Shown one piece after another: positions 1 through 10,383 of a stretch of 25,597 nt of DNA. The notes beneath the pieces were generated by a model. It made no database searches. It was not told the origin of the DNA and saw nothing but the letters and a program-made list of their open reading frames with translations. Numbering within the stretch: the first letter of the stretch is position 1; every line of letters starts with the position of its first letter. Source of the stretch: Azolla caroliniana (lineage: Eukaryota > Plantae > Polypodiophyta). The DNA lies in the NCBI GenBank assembly GCA_043228905.1, contig JBHGNT010000437.1, positions 1 through 25,597 on the forward strand, read 5' to 3'. Both the position numbers and the translations under genes were made by a program.

Positions 1-756
1 GAATGGCATAGGTGTTGCTATTTGCTTTTTATATTAATAATGTCTCAATATGTTAGATTGATGTGAGCACAATAGTTTTGTACCTTGTTGTTCTTGCCCC
101 TTCAATCCAATTGTTCGTGATTCAATCTATTAGGCAAATATTGAGCACTTGCTTCATGGATATAGATCAAGTATTGTGTGTCATGTGTCCACGCTACATC
201 TCTTAAACCATTTGTATGGGCCATGTGCCTAACACGAAGAAAAGGTTGCACTTGTGATATTTTCTCATTGTTTATAACATTCGCCAATGCTTTTCCTTCC
301 TTTAGATAGTGTCACCAGCATTGCTACCAGTGGAGTTGGACGAGTAAGCATCATTCAATAGGGTGTTATAGGAACACGTTTTTCATTATTCCATCCTACA
401 TGTCGTTTACGATCATCGAGCCAACAAAGACTAACAAGTAAGCTTCATAATGTGTTTTAACGTGTAGAAAGCAAGAGGGTATATCGCTTTTCCATTGGGA
501 GGAGTGGCTTGTCATGCTCTTACAATTTACTCTTACTATCACTTTGATGAATTCGATCCTTGATGAAGGTGGCTTTGTCCGGACAAGTGTGAAATCAGGA
601 GAACCTCTCCAACAGGGTTTTGTACTCCAGGAGCACGTCTTTCCTCTAACGCTGAAGGGGCTTCTCTCTCTGTCATGAAGCCATAGCCAGAAGAGGAAGC
701 AGAAAGCAAAAGAAGAAGAAGAAGACGTAGAAGCAAGAAGGGAAAGCAGAAACAAA

Positions 757-3700
757 ATGCAACCCAGGTCAATTCTCGCCAGGTTCATCCTTTCCTACTC
801 GTCTTCACCATCGCCCACATCATCATACAAATCATCTCTCCCCTACTCTGCATTGACACCCCTGTTTCAGAGGTTTAAAGACAGTGGAAGATTTTTCTCT
901 ACTGAATCGGGATCAGTGTTTTCAGAAGAACAGAAACAACAAGAAGAAGAACCCAGAATCTCCGCAGAAGAATTTGCAAGAGAAAATGGTATAGAAATCG
1001 TGGCGACACCAAAAGACATGACAAAACAGTCTTGTAGAACAGGAGCTATTGCCATCAAGTGTGGAATGACTGCTGGATGGGATAAGTGGGGCGCCCGAGT
1101 TCCGTACACTGTTCTTTGGTTTGATGATAACATCGTTACTCAGATAAAAGTGAAGGGTAAAGATTGCACTACATCGCTTCAGGTGCATTTTGAGTTTCTT
1201 TCTGTATTTGTAGTTAAATTTGAATTTATTCTTTGTTTCAATTAAATTATATTGATCTTGTGGTTAAATTTTATTTGTATTGTGGTTAAATTGCATTGAT
1301 TTTGTTATCAACTTTATATTCACGTTGTAGTTAAATGCATCAAACCTAGGGGCTTATCATCAGATAGCTCATCATTTGGAGCTTGTCAAGTTAATTAAAA
1401 AGATGTCATTATTTGCATAATTTTGAGCTTGTCAAGTTAATTAAAAAGATGACCTTTGGAGCTTAGAAAAATATATGCATGGAAGTTTTATATAGTTCAT
1501 AATTATATACCTGCCAAGTTTTCTTGAGGTATCAAATAATAAAACTCAAGTTCTTACCAATATATACATGTATACTTTAGTATATCTCGCCTTTGTAGTT
1601 AAATGCATAGAATCTTAGAATGTAGGTTTTGGGTTGATATAGCTCACTATTTCAAGCTTTGTCAAGTTAATGACCCGTTTTATTTGGAAGGTGTCTAGTT
1701 CCGAGGAGACTATCAAAATGTACATATGGGGTAATGGTTTTGATACAGTACATCATTTCATATTAGTCAAGATTTTCTAGTGAATCAAATATTAGAACCT
1801 TATTAAAATGTTGGTAATCATTTTTTATATAGCCCATCATTTCGAGCTAGCTGTTAAATGATGCTGTAATTAAAAGGATCAAAATGTAGGAGCTTTCAAA
1901 ATGTACACGTGTATTGTCATGTAATTAACTAATTTGTTAAATTGATTGGAGTTTTATAGATTCACTAGAACCTTTGTTTTCATGCAATGATTAATCGATA
2001 CTCTATCAGTTAGCATTGGAGTCTTTGAAGGTTCAATTAAATCTTGTGCAAAGATTCCAATGCTTAGCGTTGGGAACTTTTCAAGATTCTCTAGAATCTT
2101 TAAATGAAAAACAAAAATAGACATGATGAAAGGAAAGTCTCTATAGGCATGAGTCGTCATTATTCTGTCAAATAATATCTGTTTTTTTTTTCTTAGATTG
2201 GATGTGGACAAAAGAAGCCTAAGCAGCTTACGAAACCTGAGCTTGGACATTTCTTCACACAAGGAGTGCCTCTTAAGAGGAAGCTAGTAGAGTTTCCAGT
2301 ATCAGATGATGCATTATTACCTGTGGGCACTCCAATATCTGTTCGCCATTTTGTTCCTGGGCAATATGTTGATATAGCTGGAATCACTATTGGAAAAGGT
2401 TTTCAGGTATGGTATATAAATCTTACATAATAATGAATCATAAGCTAGAAATTTATGAGAGGAAACTAGCAGTTTTGTGTATCATAACATTAAGTGAGTC
2501 AAACATTGTCGAAACTTTTGTTTCTGTTTGTGAAGCACATTGCATATTTTAAAGGGTATGTTATCCCTCCGATTGAGTACTCATAGTTCATGATATTTTT
2601 AAAGTAGACCCTCAATCATTTAATTAAGATTGTTTGCATAAAGGAAATGCATGTGTAAAAGTGAAGCCTGATAATCTGGGGTGATTGTGAGTGACTTCTA
2701 ACTCCAATCGACTAATTCTATGGGTAGAGAATGCCCTTGCCCTTTTAATTCTTGAATCATTTTAAGCTTTATTAGAGAAAAAGATGTTACAATGAAGACA
2801 GTGAATTATGCACTAAAATTCTGTTCAATGATTACAACTGAATCAAGTAATTGGAATATAGGGAAAGACATTAACCTTAAGTGCACATCCATTTTATTGA
2901 TTGCCATCATTTTGTTTGTCCTGTTTATCTTTGAGAGCTTAACCTTAACATTGATTTTTGGAACGTCCAATTTTAGCATTTTAAAGGAGTGTGATTATAT
3001 TATGACAACTGTAAAGTTGTGAAGTATAAAAGGAAAAAAATACAGTTTTGGCCAAAAAGAAAGCATGAGCATAAGAAATAGTTCAAGTCAATTGGTAGTG
3101 TATTTTTTTAGTTGCAACTAGTTGAAATTTTAATAAAAAAATGCATGTCGGGATTTTTTGATTACAGTAGAGAATTAGGTCACAAGGTTTTTTGTATCAC
3201 AAACCTCCAGAATGTCATTGGTCGCCCATGTGTAATTATATGATTGGTTGATATTCTCTAGAAATATTTAGGGCCTGTAGATTCCTAGTCAGATATGTTT
3301 TGCAGTATCCTGCCCTCTTTCATCGAAAGAAAGATTCCTCCTAGTTCTCATTTATCTTAGATTGATATAAGTTGTTAGTATCCTGCCCTCAGATTTATAT
3401 AGTTGCAATCTTAATGGTCAAAGATTTTGGTTTATGGATTTTTTCCTTAACTGCATTGGCTGATGTAGAATATAAAAATAAGATGGATTTACTTTATGGC
3501 TTAGTATTTTGGGCATAAATTGGTAAGAAAACTTTGTCATCCCTGTCTAACATTCAGAATCATCAATCATCTACCTTCTTGGCAGATAGATTCTCTCAAT
3601 GTCATGTACTACATCAAAACTTCCACAGCAATCTATTTTGGCTTTAACCATTTACTTTACATAAGATTTAAGCTTTATTGCATGATCAACAGGGTGGTAT

Positions 3701-4362
3701 GAAAAGATGGGGTTTTGCTGGAATGCCTGCTTCTCATGGTGCTTCACTTTCCCATCGAAGTCTCGGTTCAACTGGTGGTCGCCAGGATCCAGGAAAGGTA
3801 TAGTTTGGTATAAAAATTTGAAGTATATTTTTCATGATAAGTTTTCTAGAGCTTCCATCCAAGTTATAACTTATCATAACAAATTCAAGGATGTTTTTCA
3901 AATTTCCAGCTTAAAAAAAGAAAATCTTGCATGGTTTTTCCCATCATAGGTTTTTAAGGGGAAGAAGATGGCTGGGCGGATGGGTGGCAAACGAAGAACT
4001 GTGAAGAGTGTATGGATCCACAAGATTGATCCAGCAAGAAATCTTATGTGGGTTCGAGGCCAGGTATCGTGCTTTTGTGTGTGCTAGACATCACAATTAT
4101 AATGTTTGCTTTCTACATCTTAAAGATGAGGTTTTTGAGAATGCAGACTTTTTGTTTTCTGTTTTTATATTTTTTGCAATGAGAATAGGTTCCTGGACAT
4201 GCTGGCAATTTTGTCTTTGTGAAGGATGCTTTCCACAAAAAGCCAGACTTATCCATTACTCCCTTTCCAACGTTTTTCCCAGATCCTGAAGAAGATTTAT
4301 CAACCCTCGAACCACTCGCTGCTGCTGAAGGAGATGTGGACCCATTCTTGACAGATAATTAG
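757..4362 (+). CDS. RPL3: Mitochondrial-type 50S ribosomal protein L3 (uL3m), nuclear gene, 5 exons: 757-1182, 2197-2406, 3693-3797, 3950-4063, 4189-4362; 342 aa
   Basis: The spliced translation gives bacterial-type uL3 motifs: [12 protein letters not shown]...[25 protein letters not shown]|[26 protein letters not shown]|[21 protein letters not shown]|VPG. All four introns are GT-AG and phase 0. The R/S-rich, acid-poor N-terminus ending near RFFSTES resembles a mitochondrial presequence. TAG stop at 4360-4362. Confidence 0.95.
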
Positions 4363-6519
4363 AAGAGTATTACTCAGTTTATTGGTTGATTGTTTTGAAT
4401 CTATTTCAGAAATGCATAGCCTTTGAATCTATCTCAGAAATACATAGCGTGGATCCTATCTTCAAACATAAATGCTTTGTAACAATTCTTTAACTTATAA
4501 ATGAGATTGAGGGCAAGCTGGCTCTTTTAGAGCATGTTGAAGCTTAGGTGGCCTTAACAATAGCATCGGTACTGACTAAAGTTTTTGGTATATAAGGTAG
4601 AAAGAAATGTGGCATCCTGATTGTGGATGAGGAAAATGCTTTCTATGCAGTTTACAGTGAACTCATTAAAGGAGAAAAAAATCATTCATGCTCTTTTTGT
4701 AATAAATGAGACTCGAGTCCTATTCAAAGAGAAACTCGAGTGCAACTAGAATGGTATACTTTCCCAGACTATGTTTTTCTTGGGTTACTACTGTACTTTG
4801 AGAGAAACCATGTTATAGTTGGGCTTCCAAATACCTCTTTTTGTAATGCCTCCTATGTTGTTTTGGGTACAAGATCACTATTTATATGTCAAACAAAAAT
4901 AGATAGCTGAGGCTAGATGTAAGTTTATGGTTACAGATTTCCATGTTTGTTTATTGTTATCTCCTGGTTGTCTTTTGTGGTCGAGACTTGAAAGAATGAG
5001 CTTTTCTTTCTCGTGGCACCTAAAATCTATATGGATCACAAGGATTGTTATTGTATATTTTCAAAGCACAGTATAATGAAACTTTTGTATCACAAGGATT
5101 GTTATTGATAACGCATCTCAACAGCACATTATGTTGAATGTTGTCTTCTGTTATAATGATTACAATGTTTGTGCTTGAGGTAATCAATGTTTATATGGTA
5201 AATCTAGAATTTGGTTGCATAATCATCGAAGATTCAATTGTTGATCTCTTGCTCTTTGTAATGAATTGATGTGCAAGAGCTCTATAGGGTGTAGCAAATT
5301 TCCTTGATGTGCCTGTGTTTATCTGCCCATGCAAAAATTGAATTATAACTATAAACTTTGGTTTGAAACCAAGGGTTGGTTGATTTCATGTGATGAATAT
5401 CTCAAGATAAATGTCAGTCATATGCTAGAGTACCAAGCCATCTGAACTTCCCCCTACTAATACAATAATTGCACTTTCCAAATAATGTTGCAATTATAAA
5501 CTATTCACACAATGGTTTTGACAGGAAATCTGTTAAGAGGTTTTTATCAAACTTAATGTATTAAAGGTTTTATGTTAAGTTTAGGGTTTAATGGATATGG
5601 CAGACTTAAAACAGATGGCGACCCGGATTTTATCATTTTCCTACGATTAAATTTGTGTTATTAGCTTCAGTTGTTGATAATTGTTGAACATTGACAACCT
5701 TGTAATGCATATCATGCTCCAAATGTTTGTGACTTTATTCTTTCAAAGTGGATGTGGAAACTTTCATTGTGAGCATACAAATATGGAAGTTACCTTCCCA
5801 TGAAATCAGGTTCTCATGACACTACTTTATTGCAAACATTATTCTATTGAATAGCTTGTAAATTATTCACTTATGGTTTTTTCATCATCGCAATATGCTT
5901 CTATTGTGAACATTATTCTAGAATAGAGGGTTGATTGCACACAACAAAAGTTCCAAGTTAAGATCACATAAAATGAGATATATCCAACAAATCACAACAT
6001 TTGGGAGCACTTGTGTGCCAATAAACCAACTTTTCTGAGCCAATATGAAGTCTACAAAACTCTTGGTTTCCTAACTTGTTGAATAGAAGGTAAGGATCCA
6101 TTGGAAAGAGAAAGTGCGCATTCTTAAATCTACAAGTTCAACTCTATATCTAGCTCCTGGCTACTCCCAAGACCTTTTTAACTTCAATAACTACAACCTA
6201 ATAGTAATTAGTGAAATTATTTAGAGCCATTGTTAAGAAAGAGGGAGAATAAAATGCTCTAAAACAAATATTGATAAAACAAGCTAATTTTAGATCAAAC
6301 TAAGAAGAAAAAAATCATATCCAACTGCCATTTCTGCTAAACATACACTTCATTTTGATAGGTAGCTGATAGATTAGTGCTACAAATTAATGAAGAAACC
6401 ACCATATACATATAACGTATATTATTGTTTATTAGGTCTTTAATTGTTGAATTACCTAGGTCATGAAAGTATGCATTACATTTGTATTCATCTATGAAAG
6501 GTTTACTTAAAACTATGTA

Positions 6520-6541
6520 AGAGAGAGAGAGAGAGAGAGAG
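6520..6541. repeat. (AG)11 microsatellite
   Basis: Perfect AG run downstream of the EBS-like stop codon. Confidence 0.9.
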
Positions 6542-6683
6542 TATGTCATATGTGTCTATTTCTTGTTTGTTTGTCTTGGTTGGTGTTAATTAAACCATGT
6601 AATTAGGTTTCCAGATTTGTCACCTGTAGTTCGATTGATATATACGAAATTTGATTACAACATTTCAGCCCCAGTTAATAGTT

Positions 6684-9259
6684 TCACCGCTTTTGTCGCT
6701 TTGATTCAGCCTGCACACACCAGATGAAATTCAGATACAACTGTTTTACACTCTAGAATATGGTTGGTTAAATACGCACACATCAAACCTTAATAAGACA
6801 AAAGCACAAGCAACCATTTACGGCCTTATTATTCCTTTCTAATTTAGAAAAAATGGGCAAGTTTCTAGCCTTAATCGTCATTTATTTGTAATTAAGGTTT
6901 ATTTACATGAACAGTAACAAAAAACCTTGTTTCATTACAATGTCATAGCTGCAAATGGGTATAATATCTCTGAACTTACTTTCATAGATTCCTAATTAAG
7001 GTATACGTGAACTCAACAAAAATGCATATTTCATGACAAGGAGTCATTGCAACTGGGCATATCTCTAGCCATATTAATAATTATTCATATGAACAGGACC
7101 TGCATGTATGTATTTCATGATAAAAGGTTCATTGTCAATTGTTCATATGAGCACATTCAATATCAGAAAAATGCAAATAGAATGCAATATAATTTAGTAG
7201 TTTGGTAGTTGTAAAACACTGGCTTACCTCTGTCTTCTCTTTTGATGAGTCAGATGAATCAATTTTAAACAGTTCACACTCAGGACAACATAAACGATCA
7301 CCTTTCTTCAATTGCTCAGGAGCCATTTCCAGGCATGATGGATGCAACCTGAACTCAACAATGTGAACTAAGGTAAGCATCATTTTTGCAGATGAAGATA
7401 AAAGATTATAAACATTCTCATGCACTTAAATTTGTGTTTCCTTCCAACAAACTACATTAATTTTTAGCTGAAGTACTCGATCAGGATTATCTCATTTATC
7501 AATTCTGCATATTTTGCATCGCATTGTCGACAATTTGCACTCAACTTCAGCACCATATCATCTAGTCTTAGAGTCAACTAGTCTCTGACATAATAATATG
7601 AAGATCGTTAAGGATTGGTATTGATTTAGGCCACATTGGCTTGAGTTAAGCTCATTATCCCTAATACTATCAGATCGTATAGTGGTATTGCTATGAAAAA
7701 CAAGAAAATACATGCTAGATCAAAATAGGAAAGCATCTCCATCACAATTTGCATACAGAAGCTGATATGTAAGTCATATTCAAACAAGCATACATATTAC
7801 CTCGTCTGTGCAGGCACATAGACTTGATTTGTGGATTTGTAAACACAATTTGCCATAATGATTGATTATTTTCCCTGATTGACTTTAAGTGGTAACCGAC
7901 TTTGTGGTTTACAGCATTGACATCATGGGTCTGAACCTAATCAATCATTTTGCATTATCCTATGAGTCCAGCAGGTTTTTACTAGAGAAAATTTCCATAA
8001 AATTTCGCTTTCTGAAATTCATTGTCCACGACCACAGGTTGAAAGCATTATAATAGAAGTAAGCTAATGGAGATTAACTTTACAGTTTTCACCATTATAA
8101 AGATATGATAATATTTAACCAAAATATTGTATCTAACTCTTTCCAAATGTTTGAAGACAATGTCAGGAATCAACATGCACACATTTACTGTAAGAGAACA
8201 CATACCAATCCTTGCAATCTTCACATTGCACCATCAAATCATCAGGGTTGTAAGGCTCCCCACATCGGCAGTATCTACACATTAACTAACTCCTAAATTG
8301 TTAGTTGTTAATCAATGCACAAATGAAAACAAGACATGGATCATCTCAGTTATTGATGCCATATGTTAACTCTAGTTTTCAAATGGAAACAAACAATACT
8401 CACACAGGAACACGAGTAGGAGTGAAGGTTCTTGTAGAACCTTTGTATTTCAATCGCGAGAAGAAATCATTCTCACCAGGACTCTTGAGTTTGGTATATC
8501 TTTTGAAGGAATGAACGTTGCATTTCTCTTCAATGGTGTCAGCACTTTGGACACCAAAATGATCAGACCAAAACAATTCCTTGCTTCCATGGGATGTTTT
8601 TCCTCCAACGGTGTCTTCTGGTCTATAATACCATCTCAGCCTCACCATAACGTTGTCCACCACACTAGGAAACCCTGATTCGATCTTCTCAATCCTTGCA
8701 ACGTATGGAAGTCTCTCTGTTTCTGCAGGTCGTATTATCACATTGTCTCCAACTGTCATGATTTGGAAACCTTAAATCGTGTTTGGAAACAGACTAAACC
8801 CTAAACTTGAGCTTCAAGATTACACAAAATATGAATCTATTTGTTGTTATTTTATGCATTCAAATCAAGAAAGGTTTGCAAAGATAAGATATAACAATGC
8901 CTTTGAAGATTAATGTGAAAAAAAAACAAAATATACAACACGTCACATTTAGAAAGCGAAGAAAGCAGAATCTATATAAATCTAAATAGCACTCTTCAGA
9001 CTTATATTGTTTGCAGAAAATTAAGATATTGGCCTTTTTCAAAATTTATGGAAGGCACTGAACGGAGCAAACAAAAGATTAAAAGAAAGCACTAGCTATG
9101 GCAGGTCCAATTTAATCAGCGGAGCAAACAAAAGATTAAAAGAAAGCACTAGCTATGGCAGGTCTAATTTAATCAGCGGATAGATGTTCGTATATCACCT
9201 TCAACGACTTGGCGGGTGGTGCTCCTGATGGTGTATGAAGTTAGGTTAGATTTCGGCAT
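6684..9259 (-). CDS. EBS: EBS/SHL-family BAH-PHD histone reader, 5 exons (minus): 9259-9199, 8752-8404, 8274-8206, 7348-7228, 6710-6684; 208 aa
   Basis: Spliced protein MPKSNLTSYTIRSTTRQVVE-VGDNVIIRP...PYVARIEKIE...RWYYRPED...HGSKELFWSDHFGVQSADTIEEKCNVHSFKRYTKL...(BAH)-VYCRCGEPYNPDDLMVQCEDCKDWLHPSC...CPEC (C4HC3 PHD)-AESKRQKR*. All junctions are GT-AG with consistent phases (1,2,2,0), total 627 nt. EBS versus SHL orthology is not resolved. Confidence 0.92.
9063..9180. repeat. 57-bp tandem duplication in EBS-like intron 1
   Basis: Units 9063-9119 and 9120-9176 differ by one C/T, followed by a partial CGGA. Confidence 0.95.
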
Positions 9260-9918
9260 AGCCGCAGCAAAAGCAGATAGTAATGAGAGAGCGGCTATGG
9301 CTATGGGAGAAGAAATGATGGTAATGATAAAGAAGAAGAAGAAGAAGAATTTGGACCAATCTATATGAGAAATTAAGAGAAGGCGAAAGAGAAATTAACC
9401 TATTAAATCTTTTACTTGAAGAAAGGATCAATCAGATAAATAAGGGATTTTGCTTCCATGAGGAAAACAAATACCATAATAATTTATGTATCAAACTGTG
9501 TAATAACAAGAGACAGACAGACAGACAGACAGAGAAGGAGGAGGGTGGTGATGGTGGATTATTTATGTCCTCCTCACTATTTCATACAGATTGGAAAAAA
9601 TCAATACATTTTTTTGGAAAAATAAAACAATATAAATACATTCAGCCCGTAAATCTGGGGTTTTGGACGATCAGGGCCGTCCACTACTTTTATATCTAAA
9701 AAATGAAAAAGTAAAAAGCAAAAAAAAGTAAGAAAACAAAATAGAGAAAACGCAGCTTCTTGGATGCAGAAAAAAAAAGCTCTGCAAATTTGGTATCTGC
9801 GTGCTTTGGTGATCTGAAAAAAACAAAAAAAAAACAGAAAAGAAGAAGCGAAAAAGAGAAGATAGTTTTATATGGGAGGAAATTAGGGTTTTCTGAGCTG
9901 TAACAGCGCTGCCATAGC

Positions 9919-9951
<33 letters not shown>
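9919..9951. repeat. (TAG)10 microsatellite
   Basis: Perfect TAG run at 9921-9950. It produces the poly-Tyr in the spurious ORF 9671-10021. Confidence 0.9.
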
Positions 9952-9952
<1 letters not shown>

Positions 9953-10383
9953 CAGTTCATAATGGACGGATTCATGCTCAGATTGTGGACGTACTCCTTC
10001 CAGATCAATGCCTCCTTCCATCCATGCATGACATTTACTGCTTTTAGATCCCTATTGTACATCTCTCTAGATCTGGCGGACTTACCTGCTTAGCCTCATC
10101 GTATTGTAGCCATGGATCAAGCCATGGATTCATCTGTTCTGCCTGATGATGACGATGGTGATGAGGAGGAGGAGGAGGACTTACACCTCAGTGGCCTGAT
10201 GTGATATCTATCTATCTGGCATAATACATCAGGCACAGCAGCCTGGCTTAATATGCAGAGGCCGGATCATATCCTGTCAATATATATATATATATCAGGC
10301 GGCTGATTATGCTCTGTGGAAAATGGAAAATAAGGGAATATGGAATGGAAAGAGAGAAAGAGAGAGAAAGAGAAGAAGAAAAA

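Noticed and set aside
102-788. Short minus-strand ORFs upstream of RPL3
   Set aside because: No recognisable motifs. Largely produced by the GA-rich RPL3 5' UTR.
7801-7930. Cryptic poison exon in EBS-like intron 3 (CAG acceptor, GAG|GTAAT donor)
   Set aside because: Only splice-like motifs, which arise frequently by chance. Needs transcript evidence.
9671-10021. 116-aa ORF with poly-Tyr and Phe-rich tail
   Set aside because: Translation of the TAG microsatellite and A-rich tracts.
10269-10279. TGACAGGATAT (minus), identical to the first 11 nt of the T-DNA right border
   Set aside because: The rest of the 25-bp border does not match, and there is no second border or T-DNA gene. Compatible with chance.
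10140-10310. C/D-box snoRNA or miRNA precursor
   Set aside because: GTGATGA and CTGA are present, but there is no good terminal stem or recognisable guide. The hairpin is too short for a plant pre-miRNA and matches no conserved miRNA I know.
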